From: Synechocystis sp. PCC 6803 substr. PCC-P
GTDB lineage: Bacteria > Cyanobacteriota > Cyanobacteriia > Cyanobacteriales > Microcystaceae
Assembly (NCBI RefSeq): GCF_000284455.1
Contig: NC_017039.1
Coordinates: 570,001 to 602,000, forward strand
Length of the DNA stretch: 32,000 nucleotides
Reading direction: 5' to 3'
The notes under the pieces were generated by a model. It searched no databases and had not been told where the DNA came from. It was given only the letters and a program-made list of their open reading frames with translations. The translations under genes and the position numbers were made by a program. Shown here piece by piece: positions 20,301 to 29,163 of this stretch. Numbering within the stretch: the first letter of the stretch is position 1; each line of letters begins with the position of its first letter.

Positions 20301-23227
20301 GTTCATTTACCATCAATCCCATCACCGGGAAAGTAACCCTCATTGATGACCCGGACTTTGAAACACAATCAAGTTATAAATTCACCGTTACTGCCAGCGA
20401 TGGTGTTAACCTGGCCACGGAGCAATTAGTCAACTTAACCATCATTGACTTAGATGAAATAGCTCCAACCATCACATCGGGGGATACAGCAAAGGCGATC
20501 GCCGAAAATAGTGGTGCCAATCAAGTAATTTACGAAGTTATTGCCACAGATGATGCTGACGTAAGTGCCGGAATAACATTTGGTTTAAAGCCAGGGAATG
20601 ATGCTGGTTCATTTACCATCAATCCCATCACCGGGAAAGTAACCCTCATTGATGACCCGGACTTTGAAACACAATCAAGTTATAAATTCACCGTTACTGC
20701 CAGCGATGGTGTTAACCTGGCCACGGAGCAATTAGTCAACTTAACCATCATTGACTTAGATGAAATAGCTCCAACCATCACATCGGGGGATACAGCAAAG
20801 GCGATCACCGAAAATAGTGGTGCGAATCAGATAATTTACCAGGCAACAGCGGATGATAATGCGGATATAAGTGCCGGGGTAACCTTTGGCTTGAAACCAG
20901 GGGATGATGCTGACTCGTTTATCATCAATGCCATCACTGGACAAGTTACCTTACTTGATAACCCAGACTTTGAAACCCAATCAAGTTATAAATTCACTGT
21001 CACTGCCAGCGATGGTGTGAATCCTGTCACTGAGCAAGTTGTCAATTTAACCATCATTGACTTAGATGAAATAGCCCCAACTATTACATCGGGAAATACA
21101 GCAAAGGCGATCGCCGAAAACAGTGGTGCGAATCAAGTAATTTACCAAGTCACTGCCACAGATGATGCTGACATAAGTGCCGAAGTAACCTTTGGGTTGA
21201 AATTGGGTGATGATGCCACATCTTTCAGCATTGACTCCACAACAGGCAAAGTAACTTTAATCAACAATCCTGACTTTGAAAGCCAATCCAGTTATAAATT
21301 CACCGTTACTGCTAGCGATGGTGTGAATCCCGCCACCGAAAAAATAGTTACCCTAGCCATCAATAATCTAGACGAAATAGGCCCGACCATTACATCAGGC
21401 GATACAGCAACGCCTATTGATGAAAACAGTGGTGCCAATCAACTAATTTACCAAGTTATTGCCACAGATGATGCTGACGTAAGTGCCGGAATAACATTTG
21501 GTTTAAAGCCAGGGAATGATGCTGGCTCATTTACTATCAATCCCATCACCGGGGAAGTAACCCTCATTGATGACCCGGACTTTGAAACCCAATCAAGTTA
21601 TAAATTCACCGTTACTGCCAGCGATGGTGTTAACCCTGCTACGGAAAAAATAGTTACCCTGACTATTAATGATCTGGACGAACTCGGTCCCAATATTACA
21701 TCTGATAATATCGCAACAGCAATTAATGAAAACAGTGGTGCGAATCAGATAATTTACCAAGTAACAGCAGACGATGGTGATGATATCAGTGCCGGAGTGA
21801 CCTTTGGCTTAAAGCCGGGAGACAATGCCAACCAGTTCAGTATTGATCCAACAACTGGACAAGTTACCTTACTTGATAACCCAGACTTTGAAACCCAATC
21901 AAGTTATAAATTCACGGTCACTGCCAGCGATGGCGTTAACCCTGCCACGGAGCAATTAGTCAACTTAACCATCATTGATCTTGATGAAATAGCTCCAACC
22001 ATTACTAGTGGAGATACGGCAAAAGCGATTGCCGAAAATAGTGGTGCGAATCAAGTAATTTACCAAGTAACAGCAACGGATGATGCTGACACAAGTGCAG
22101 GAGTAACCTTCGGCTTAAAACCAGGAGAAGATGCTAACTCATTTACCATCAATGCCGCCACTGGAGAAGTTGAGTTAATTGGCAATCCAGACTTTGAAAC
22201 CCAATCAAGTTATAAATTCACTGTCACTGCCAGCGATGGTGTGAATCCTGTCACGGAGCAAGTTGTTAATTTAACCATCATCGACCTAGACGAAATAGCC
22301 CCAACTATTACATCGGGAAATACAGCAAAGGCGATCGCCGAAAATAGTGGTGCCAATCAAGTAATTTATCAAGTCACTGCCACAGATGATGCTGACATAA
22401 GTGCGGGAGTAACCTTTGGCTTGAAACCAGGGGATGATGCCACATCTTTCAGCATTGACTCCACAACAGGCAAAGTAACTTTAATCAACAATCCTGACTT
22501 TGAAAGCCAATCCAGTTATAGATTCACCGTTACTGCTGACGATGGCGTTAATCCAGTTACTGAACAACAAATCGCATTAGAAATCTTAGATGACAATGTT
22601 GCTGTTATTGAAAATGGCTTTTTCTTCGCTCAATTTTTAGATAATACTCGCCAAGCTCTTTTGTTTCAGAATCAACCATTCTCTACTGATCAATCTGTAA
22701 ACTGGAAAATCTTAGACACAGAAACTGTTGATGGCTCCAATCAAGTGCTTTGGTACAATCAAGTTACTGAAGAAGTTGGTGTATGGCTGACTGATAATAA
22801 TTGGAACTGGATTTCTTCTGACACATGGCAAGTGAAATCATCAAGAACTTTTAATACCGAATTATTATTTGGGACGGACATTAACGGAGATTCTCTCATT
22901 GGCGATCAATACACTGTTTTAGAAAATCAAGGTGCGGTTGGTCTCCTGGAAGGAATTTTTGGCGCTTACTATGTTCAGCCCGGGGATGACCCAGTTACTC
23001 CTCTTAAATTTTTAGGGCAACCATTCGAGAATCAGTTTGGTAGTTGGCAAGCCCTAGCCGCAGAAAGGGTTGAAAACATCAACCGAGTTTTATGGCAAAA
23101 TTTTGACACCGGAGAAATTGGAATTTGGCGAACAGACAATAATTGGAATTGGCTTTCTTCCAATGTTTTTACCCCCAATTCCACTGAAATAGCCACCGTT
23201 GAAAGCCTTTTTGGCATTAGCCTTTAG
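17330..23227 (+). CDS. Giant surface/secreted-type protein: N-terminal cyanobacterial domain, bacterial Ig-like domains, ten tandem cadherin-like repeats, Trp-rich C-terminal domain
   Basis: 1965 aa. Ig-like NDTTPTFNGTAEANSTVTLF...GNWTITASTPADGNYSITAKATDAAGNVS; SALGITIDNTTP; cadherin-like 102-aa units ENSGANQxIYQVxATDD...F.I...TGxVxLxxNPDFExQSSYxFTVTAxDG; C-terminal NQVLWYNQVTEEVGVWLTDNNWNWIS repeated twice. Confidence 0.9.
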   Translation: MSVYNLDLSLVYGKLSAFAGLESFWQNFEIIYGNNYDVVAVEALRSRWAIGDFSDLPVIEVLSAETLGSAVGAYAQSINKIYLSDQFVATAPPDALIEVILEEIGHFVDAQVNAVDTIGDEGQLFADLVLGDVVSASELARIKAEDDTHTIIINGQSLQVEQSVQSLIGESVTVNVRFTGSGSDGSFNFDLFTQTFTVTSGQEITDQAITATFNSSGSPQTLTGNVDIDVSENTIYVNFSGTQQGGALTFIFTSLADESIGSVESVIQTNVSGFTTGVNQPLTPSVSNNNVTVGFFPFGSQPGVNLSQTSTLTYGTPPTDNTPPNAPSTPDLSASSDSGLSSTDNITNDTTPTFNGTAEANSTVTLFSGGSTQIGSTTANGSGNWTITASTPADGNYSITAKATDAAGNVSTASSALGITIDNTTPNLASAIEISDTALKIGDTATVTFTFSEAVIGFTNADIIVVDGSLSSPTSSDGGITWTATLTPNANAESNSNVITLDNTGISDLAGNNGTGTTTSVSYAVDTIPPTLTSIDDGDDDNIVPIDTPLTYTLTFSEDIDSTTVTADDFDNAGTATISIGTITETSSGVFSVVVTPNTSGTIILQIPNGAVLSDMAGNNLAVPVQDDDELQVNQGPSAVIVPNASLAENTDTTNPLKVADIAITDDGLGSNDISLSGIDAAFFEVIGQSLFLKAGTVLNFESKASYTVTVNVDDDTVGSTPDLTADFKLTINNLDEVAPTITSGDTAKAIAENSGANQIIYQVKATDDGDISAGITFGLKPGDDADSFIINATTGEVKLIGNPDFETQSSYKFTVTADDGVNPATEQLVNLAIIDLDEIAPTITSGDTAKAIAENSGANQVIYQVTATDDADVSAGITFGLKPGNDADLFIINSTTGQVILTENPDFETQSSYKFTVTASDGVNPATEKIVTLAIIDLDEIAPTITSGDTAKAITENSGANQVIYEVIATDDADVSAGITFGLKPGNDAGSFTINPITGKVTLIDDPDFETQSSYKFTVTASDGVNLATEQLVNLTIIDLDEIAPTITSGDTAKAIAENSGANQVIYEVIATDDADVSAGITFGLKPGNDAGSFTINPITGKVTLIDDPDFETQSSYKFTVTASDGVNLATEQLVNLTIIDLDEIAPTITSGDTAKAITENSGANQIIYQATADDNADISAGVTFGLKPGDDADSFIINAITGQVTLLDNPDFETQSSYKFTVTASDGVNPVTEQVVNLTIIDLDEIAPTITSGNTAKAIAENSGANQVIYQVTATDDADISAEVTFGLKLGDDATSFSIDSTTGKVTLINNPDFESQSSYKFTVTASDGVNPATEKIVTLAINNLDEIGPTITSGDTATPIDENSGANQLIYQVIATDDADVSAGITFGLKPGNDAGSFTINPITGEVTLIDDPDFETQSSYKFTVTASDGVNPATEKIVTLTINDLDELGPNITSDNIATAINENSGANQIIYQVTADDGDDISAGVTFGLKPGDNANQFSIDPTTGQVTLLDNPDFETQSSYKFTVTASDGVNPATEQLVNLTIIDLDEIAPTITSGDTAKAIAENSGANQVIYQVTATDDADTSAGVTFGLKPGEDANSFTINAATGEVELIGNPDFETQSSYKFTVTASDGVNPVTEQVVNLTIIDLDEIAPTITSGNTAKAIAENSGANQVIYQVTATDDADISAGVTFGLKPGDDATSFSIDSTTGKVTLINNPDFESQSSYRFTVTADDGVNPVTEQQIALEILDDNVAVIENGFFFAQFLDNTRQALLFQNQPFSTDQSVNWKILDTETVDGSNQVLWYNQVTEEVGVWLTDNNWNWISSDTWQVKSSRTFNTELLFGTDINGDSLIGDQYTVLENQGAVGLLEGIFGAYYVQPGDDPVTPLKFLGQPFENQFGSWQALAAERVENINRVLWQNFDTGEIGIWRTDNNWNWLSSNVFTPNSTEIATVESLFGISL
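19553..22606 (+). repeat. Ten tandem coding repeats, exact 306-bp (102-aa) period, last unit slightly shorter/divergent
   Basis: The GCGATC/AITE anchor falls at 19577, 19883, 20189, 20495, 20801, 21107, 21413, 21719, 22025 and 22331, every interval exactly 306 bp. Confidence 0.93.
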
Positions 23228-23358
23228 ACTACTATTCGTTGGACGGTAATGGCAATGGTCTATTTTTTGGATAAAACGCCGAGTCAGTGGGGAAGGATGG
23301 CAAGGTCCGTCACCTAGGCCATATACTCGACTCAAACCCTTCCTGAGTTGTCCCCTTT

Positions 23359-24345
23359 ATGTCCCAAACCACCGCTACCCTGCCATTGCCCAGCCCGGAA
23401 AGTGCGATCGCCTTAGCAGGAAGCGGAGAAGATAACTTAACCTATTTGGCCCACCACACCGGCGCAAAGTTGATTCTGCGGGGGCAAGAACTGATGGTGG
23501 TCGGTACCGAAAAAGCCGTGGCCCGGGTTATGGCCGTGCTCCAATCCCTTGCTCCCTACTGGCAGAGTGCTAAAGCCATTTCCCGTCCAGACTTGATGAC
23601 CGCTTTCCATGCCCTAGATACGGGCAAACAAGAAGAACACCAAGCTTTACAAAAAACGGTGTTGGCCAAAACCCGCCGGGGGGAAATTGTCCGGGCGAAA
23701 ACGTTCCGGCAACGGCAATATATCAAGGCAATCCAAAAGCACGATGTGACGTTTTGCATTGGCCCAGCGGGCACAGGGAAAACTTTTTTGGCGGCGGTGC
23801 TTGCGGTCCAAGCGCTGCTAAACAATGAATGCGATCGCCTGATTTTGACTAGGCCGGCGGTGGAAGCGGGGGAAAAATTAGGTTTTCTGCCGGGGGATTT
23901 GCAACAAAAAGTTGATCCGTTTTTGCGACCCCTCTACGATGCTTTGTATGAATTTATTGAACCGGAAAAAATTCCTGACTTGATGGAGCGGGGCAAAATT
24001 GAGGTAGCTCCCCTGGCCTATATGCGGGGCAGAACATTGACCAATGCCTTTGTGATTGTGGACGAGGCTCAAAATACCACCCCAGCCCAACTGAAAATGG
24101 TTTTAACTCGCCTGGGTTTTGGCTCGAAAATGATTGTGACCGGCGACATAACCCAAACCGATTTACCCAATTACCAAAAATCAGGTTTGCAAGTGGCCCA
24201 AACCATTCTTAAGGATGTGGAAGGGGTTGCATTCTGTTACCTCAATCAGGCGGATGTGGTGCGCCATCCCTTGGTGCAAAGGATTGTGGAAGCCTACGAA
24301 CGTTCCGAAAATACCAGTCCCCCGGCCCCGAAGCCTTCCTCGTAA
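23359..24345 (+). CDS. phoH: PhoH family ATPase
   Basis: DVTFCIGPAGTGKTFLAAVLAVQALL, RLILTRPAVEAGEKLGFLPGDLQQKVDPFLRPLYDAL, FVIVDEAQNTTPAQLKMVLTRLGFGSKMIVTGDITQTDLP. Confidence 0.95.
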   Translation: MSQTTATLPLPSPESAIALAGSGEDNLTYLAHHTGAKLILRGQELMVVGTEKAVARVMAVLQSLAPYWQSAKAISRPDLMTAFHALDTGKQEEHQALQKTVLAKTRRGEIVRAKTFRQRQYIKAIQKHDVTFCIGPAGTGKTFLAAVLAVQALLNNECDRLILTRPAVEAGEKLGFLPGDLQQKVDPFLRPLYDALYEFIEPEKIPDLMERGKIEVAPLAYMRGRTLTNAFVIVDEAQNTTPAQLKMVLTRLGFGSKMIVTGDITQTDLPNYQKSGLQVAQTILKDVEGVAFCYLNQADVVRHPLVQRIVEAYERSENTSPPAPKPSS

Positions 24346-24491
24346 AGGCTTGATCCCCAAGGGGTTTTCCGAGTTAGGGCAAGGCTCTCCCTAGGGGCAT
24401 TTTCCCAGAAGTAAAACTTTGATGTACACTAATGCGGGCGTGAATCCGTGGCCATTGCCAGGACGATCGCCGATGTGGTGTGGGGTGAAAT

Positions 24492-24524
24492 CTAGGGCGA
24501 ATGAACCGCCTCTAGGCTTTTTTT
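24492..24524 (+). terminator. Rho-independent-type terminator between phoH and pratA
   Basis: CTAGGGCG-AATGAAC-CGCC(T)CTAG stem with one bulge, then G and CTTTTTTT. Confidence 0.65.
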
Positions 24525-24600
24525 GTCTAAAGCAAGATTAAACAAAGTTAAGCAAATGCCAAGCCGTCCCTTGGGGCGGAGTTTCACCACTAGTTTTTCG

Positions 24601-25752
24601 ATGAATTTACGCTACCTCTGGTCAGGAAAACAGATATTGATAGGAGGCGGTCTAATTCCTCTATTATTCGGTGCCGCTGTCTCGGCCCAGTCTCCTAGCC
24701 AAACTAATCCCAGTAATCTTCCTGACGTTACCCCCCTCCTGGCTCAACGGTCAGCGACCGACGATAGAAGGCAGTTCAATGAGCTACTGCGCCAAGGCAA
24801 GGCCTATGTGGATAACGGTAATTTTCCCCAGGCGATCGCCATTTACCAACAGGCGGCCATGTTGGACGGGGAAAACGCAGAACTGTTTGGCAGCATGGGT
24901 TATCTCTACGCCCGCCAGGGACAATTTGCCGAGGCTAGCCGGAGTTTTCAGCAGGCTCTGCGGGTAAATCCCAACAATCCCGACTATTACGATGGTTTGG
25001 GCTTTAGTTACGCCCGCCAAGGATTGTTAAACGAAGCTGCCAGCGCCTATGCCACCGCCATTAGTTTAGGCCCCAGTTCCCGTGAGTCAGTTAAATACCG
25101 CCTTGCCCTGGGGATTATCATGCTCCAGCAGGGAGACTACAACCGGGTGCGTCAACTGTATAACGAAATTCATAGTTTGCAATCGGACAATGAAGAAGCG
25201 GCGGTGATGATGGGGGCAGCCCTGCTCCAGAGCAGTGAGTATGAACAGTTAATCACGTTCAACAATCAGGCCCTTAGATTATTTCCTAACCGTTCTGAAC
25301 TAACCTTGCAACTGGGTAAAGCTTATCTGGCCCAGGGTGATCTGGTGGCAGCCCGCAGAGCGTTAGAACCTAGGCTCAATCCAGATTGGCGTAGTTTTTC
25401 CCTCTACCTTACCTGGGCAGAACTACTGGAACGGGAGGGAAATTTTGCCGGAGCCCTGGATGCCTATAAACAAGCTCTCCGCAATGAACCCACGGCGATC
25501 GCCGCTAAAATTGGCACTGGTCGGATGTATTTGGAATTGGACAATCCTGCCGAAGCTGTTTGGGTTTTCCGTGATTTAACCCGCCTCCAACCCAGTAACG
25601 CTGATTTTTATTACCTGCTGGGGGAAGCCTACGCTGTGGACGAAAAAATTGACTTGGCCAAAAAATCCTTTGGGGAAGCGAAAAAACTTTACCAGGCCCA
25701 GGGCAACACCGCTGGCAGTGACCGGACCCAAGAAAAGCTGGATAATCTCTAG
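24601..25752 (+). CDS. pratA: TPR protein, processing-associated PratA (D1 maturation/PSII biogenesis); ORF open from 24523
   Basis: Signal-like MNLRYLWSGKQILIGGGLIPLLFGAAVSAQ followed by many TPR units (AIAIYQQAAMLDGENAELFGSMGYLYARQGQFAEASRSFQQALRVNPNNPDYYDGLGF...). Start at 24601 preferred because a terminator ends at 24524. Confidence 0.85.
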   Translation: MNLRYLWSGKQILIGGGLIPLLFGAAVSAQSPSQTNPSNLPDVTPLLAQRSATDDRRQFNELLRQGKAYVDNGNFPQAIAIYQQAAMLDGENAELFGSMGYLYARQGQFAEASRSFQQALRVNPNNPDYYDGLGFSYARQGLLNEAASAYATAISLGPSSRESVKYRLALGIIMLQQGDYNRVRQLYNEIHSLQSDNEEAAVMMGAALLQSSEYEQLITFNNQALRLFPNRSELTLQLGKAYLAQGDLVAARRALEPRLNPDWRSFSLYLTWAELLEREGNFAGALDAYKQALRNEPTAIAAKIGTGRMYLELDNPAEAVWVFRDLTRLQPSNADFYYLLGEAYAVDEKIDLAKKSFGEAKKLYQAQGNTAGSDRTQEKLDNL

Positions 25753-25834
25753 TGGAAGTTAGCCAGACCAATGCTTGCTGACCAACTTTCAACAATCTAT
25801 TTTTACCCTTTTCAGTTTTCAGGAGTTAATCACC

Positions 25835-26413
25835 GTGGATGCAATGGAATTCTTTCGCAATAGTTCCGGCAACTGGCGATCGCAACGTACCACCCATCAC
25901 CTGGCCTTCCGTCGGGCAGAAACCGGCACCTCGGAAATTTTTGTTGAAGCTCTGGGTGCTGATGATCAAAAAATTGTCGAGATTTGTGAAATGCACGACT
26001 GCGACCCAGCCAAAGCCGTGGGGGGAGCCTTTGTCCGCTGGGAAAGCGCCATGGCCTGGGATAAAGAGGATGAAAATCATGAAGGAACAACTGTATTTGC
26101 CCTCATTCCCGATGAAGACAATCCCCAACAGGGACTACTACTGCGGGAGAGGGGCTATGCGGAAATTGTCCCCATTGCCGGTCGCTATCACATCGACGAA
26201 GAGGAAGCCCTGGTGCTAGTGACGGAGTATGAGACCATGACCACCATTGAACGGTTCTGGTTTGCCAACCCGGATATGCGCCTTAGAACCAGTACTGTGC
26301 AAAGGTTTGGGGGATTCAATACCGCCACCTACTGTACGGAAATGCGGGTCAAAGAGGAAAACACCGTGTCTGCGTCCCCTGCCCCTGCCTACGAACAATT
26401 TTGTGGCTGGTAG
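25835..26413 (+). CDS. cpcS: Phycobiliprotein bilin lyase, CpcS/CpeS family
   Basis: MEFFRNSSGNWRSQRTTHHLAFRRAETGTSEIFVEAL...RFWFANPDMRLRTSTVQRFGGFNTATYCTEMR. AGGAG at 25821-25825 precedes GTG 25835. Confidence 0.88.
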   Translation: MDAMEFFRNSSGNWRSQRTTHHLAFRRAETGTSEIFVEALGADDQKIVEICEMHDCDPAKAVGGAFVRWESAMAWDKEDENHEGTTVFALIPDEDNPQQGLLLRERGYAEIVPIAGRYHIDEEEALVLVTEYETMTTIERFWFANPDMRLRTSTVQRFGGFNTATYCTEMRVKEENTVSASPAPAYEQFCGW

Positions 26414-26599
26414 CCCCGTTTGGTTCCAGTATGGGGAGCTCGATCGCCCTGCCAAGCCATCTGAGGAATTGGCTAACCCTGAATGGAAGGGCGATAATTG
26501 TAATAAATTGTAATATTTGCCAACGATTAGGACCCTTCCCCCTTATTATTTAAACTAACTAATTATCAAGCTCTTCTTTAAGATCACGGAGGTTTACAC

Positions 26600-27349
26600 T
26601 TGGCTCTTCCCCTATTGAACTACGCCCCCAAAAGTCAAAATGTGAGGGTAGAAGGTTATGAAATTGGCTCTGAAGAGAAGCCTGTTGTTTTCACCACGGA
26701 AAACATCCTCTCCAGCAGCGATATGGATAACCTAATCGAGGCGGCCTATCGTCAAATCTTTTTCCATGCGTTTAAGTGGGACCGAGAAAAAGTCCTTGAG
26801 TCCCAACTGCGTAACGGCCAAATTACTGTACGAGATTTTGTGCGGGGCTTGTTGCTTTCCAACACCTTCCGCAATAGCTTCTACGAAAAGAATAGTAACT
26901 ACCGCTTCGTTGAGCACTGTGTACAGAAGATTTTAGGGCGGGACGTTTACAGCGAACGGGAAAAAATTGCTTGGTCCATTGTGGTCGCGACCAAGGGCTA
27001 TCAAGGATTAATTGACGATTTGCTCAACAGCGACGAGTACCTCAATAACTTTGGCTATGACACGGTGCCCTACCAACGTCGTCGCAACCTTCCCGGTCGG
27101 GAAGCGGGTGAATTGCCCTTTAACATCAAATCTCCCCGGTACGATGCCTACCACCGTCGCCAATTGGGCTTCCCCCAAATCGTTTGGCAGAACGAAGTGC
27201 GTCGCTTTATTCCCCAGGAGAAAAAGCTCACCGCTGGCAATCCGATGAACTTCTTGGGCATGGCCCGCAGTATCAACCCTGCCGCCAACACCATTCCCAA
27301 GGTTTCCGCCCAAAATATCAACATCGAAGCTTCTGTGCCCCGTCGCTAG
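26600..27349 (+). CDS. cpcG: Phycobilisome rod-core linker polypeptide CpcG (TTG start)
   Basis: [23 protein letters not shown]..., [52 protein letters not shown]: rod-core linker domain. Confidence 0.96.
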
Positions 27350-27454
27350 GCACTAAGGTCAGAGGGTTGAAGGATTAGTGCATTCCTAGCGTGGATAGTT
27401 ACTGATTTTTCCGTCCTGAAAATTAAACTGAAAAATCAAATAATTGTTTCGCTG

Positions 27455-27480
27455 GGACTGTTTGCTAGTCCCTTTTTTTT
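27455..27480 (+). terminator. Rho-independent-type terminator downstream of cpcG
   Basis: GGGACT-GTTTGCT-AGTCCC perfect stem followed by TTTTTTT. Confidence 0.85.
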
Positions 27481-27692
27481 GGCTATTTTTGGGGCGAGGA
27501 TCTGAGTATAAATACTTGATTGAACTATGACGGGAGAGCAATTTAGCGGAAATTGTGAAGTCTTCTAACAATTATGGAACCTCTGCCCATAATCCCAGAC
27601 TAAAAACCTATACTTGCCCCCAATACCAACTCCTCACCGAACCTAGGGCTTGATGTTGGTTGAGGTAGTAATTTCCCCAGAGTGGAGTCCCC

Positions 27693-28589
27693 ATGATTGC
27701 CCCTATTTGCCGTGCTCTGCGTTCCCGTCTTCCCCTCGCCGCTATGCTGATGATTGCCGCCACTGCTACCCCCGCCTTAGCGAATTCCCCCCTCGCCGCC
27801 AATTTAACTCCGAATCAACCCCAACCTTTACTGTTGGATGGCGTTCAACTCTTTGCTCCGGTGGGGATTCCCGATGATGATTTTTTGCTTAATGTGACTG
27901 ATACCCGGGAGGTGGATCCCTTAGACAGTCCTTATCCAGTGCCATGGAGTTGGATTGTACGTACCCAGCAGGATTACGCCGAACAACAACAATCAGGGTT
28001 GCGCTACTACCGCAGTCCGGCTTTGGTGTCTCCCTCTGGACAGTATGCAGCTTACAGTCGCATTGAAGTGCGGGCGGAACCCAATTCCTACGAGTCCAAA
28101 GTGTTGGGGGTAATGTTCATTGAAAATTTAGCTACGGGCAAGCTGCAGGTAGTGCGGGCAAACTCCCCCATTGCCAGCTATTTGCAAAGGGTAGGGGAAG
28201 ATAGCCCAGAAATGGCCGGGGTAATTTCGATTCTTTTGCCAGCTTCTTGGTCCGAGGACGGCGATCGCCTGTTGGCCCGGCAAATGGAAGGGGCATTTAA
28301 TTCTTCTGACATTAGTGATTATGGCGTTGTTTGGCAAAAAGGTTCCATCCGTACCCTTAGTGCCATGCCCCAGAACACCACGGAATCCAGCGCAACTCTC
28401 TTGGGTTGGCATGAGAACAATCCCAGTCAGGTACTTTTTCAAGTAAGCCATTTTGACCAAGAAGAGGATGAAAATTCTTTGGTCAGCGTCGCTTTAGATG
28501 GGGAAGTTCAACCAGCGAAAGCTCCTACAGTCATTGCCTACGGGAAACGGATCAGCCGCAGTTGGAGCGGTGTACAATCCATGCGCTAG
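27693..28589 (+). CDS. Secreted/periplasmic hypothetical protein
   Basis: 298 aa with signal peptide LPLAAMLMIAATATPALANS; coherent long ORF. Confidence 0.75.
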   Translation: MIAPICRALRSRLPLAAMLMIAATATPALANSPLAANLTPNQPQPLLLDGVQLFAPVGIPDDDFLLNVTDTREVDPLDSPYPVPWSWIVRTQQDYAEQQQSGLRYYRSPALVSPSGQYAAYSRIEVRAEPNSYESKVLGVMFIENLATGKLQVVRANSPIASYLQRVGEDSPEMAGVISILLPASWSEDGDRLLARQMEGAFNSSDISDYGVVWQKGSIRTLSAMPQNTTESSATLLGWHENNPSQVLFQVSHFDQEEDENSLVSVALDGEVQPAKAPTVIAYGKRISRSWSGVQSMR

Positions 28590-29038
28590 GAAAGAGCACC
28601 GGGGTGGTGGTCTGGAGGCTGGAAAAGCTCAAAGGCTTGGCGGGTGAATTGGCGTAGTTTTTCCCCAATGTCCTGGGCGGGGAGATATTTACCCACCACC
28701 TGCCAGTTGTCCACCGTAGAAAGTCTCCAGGCTTGCCCTTGGTGATTGATACCGACGGTTTCGATGCCAATAATTTTTGGGGATTTTTCCGTGGGATCAG
28801 GATGGAAGCGAATTTGCACCAGAATACTGCGGCTCTGGTAACGGGGACTCCAACCCGGTAAATGGAAACCAATGTCAATGGAGTGGGGGTCCACCTGGGC
28901 TTGGGTCTGGCGATCGCCTTGCCAAGGAGCAAGGTCAGCCCTAGCGTCGGGAAATTGAGCCTTAAAGAGGTTCACCACGGCGGCGATTTTGGTAGTAGTA
29001 GCGAGTCCAATGGCTTGTTCTGCCGCATTCATTGGCAA
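28586..29038 (-). CDS. Hypothetical protein (150 aa)
   Basis: Coherent ORF converging exactly on the preceding gene; competing overlapping ORFs look like shadow frames. Confidence 0.65.
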   Translation of the reverse strand: MPMNAAEQAIGLATTTKIAAVVNLFKAQFPDARADLAPWQGDRQTQAQVDPHSIDIGFHLPGWSPRYQSRSILVQIRFHPDPTEKSPKIIGIETVGINHQGQAWRLSTVDNWQVVGKYLPAQDIGEKLRQFTRQAFELFQPPDHHPGALS

Positions 29039-29163
29039 TGTCTCCTGCTGGAAGGGTAACCGTTGGCCAGGACAGGATTATGGTTAGCCTGGCGGTGGGG
29101 GATGGGCACAGGAAATGGGACAATTAATGGCCCAGAATTGATTCCATAGGATAGCAAACCTCC

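Noticed and set aside
17357-21000. Minus-strand ORFs (e.g. 18517-18879, 18982-19185) inside the giant repeat gene
   Set aside because: Mirror frames of Thr/Asp-rich sequence; composition driven by the plus-strand coding sequence.
19553-22606. CRISPR-like or noncoding tandem repeat
   Set aside because: Period is 306 bp, fully in frame and encodes cadherin-like domains; no spacers.
28552-28932. 126-aa minus ORF overlapping 28586-29038
   Set aside because: Different frame from the better-supported 150-aa ORF; its sequence looks like a frameshifted shadow.
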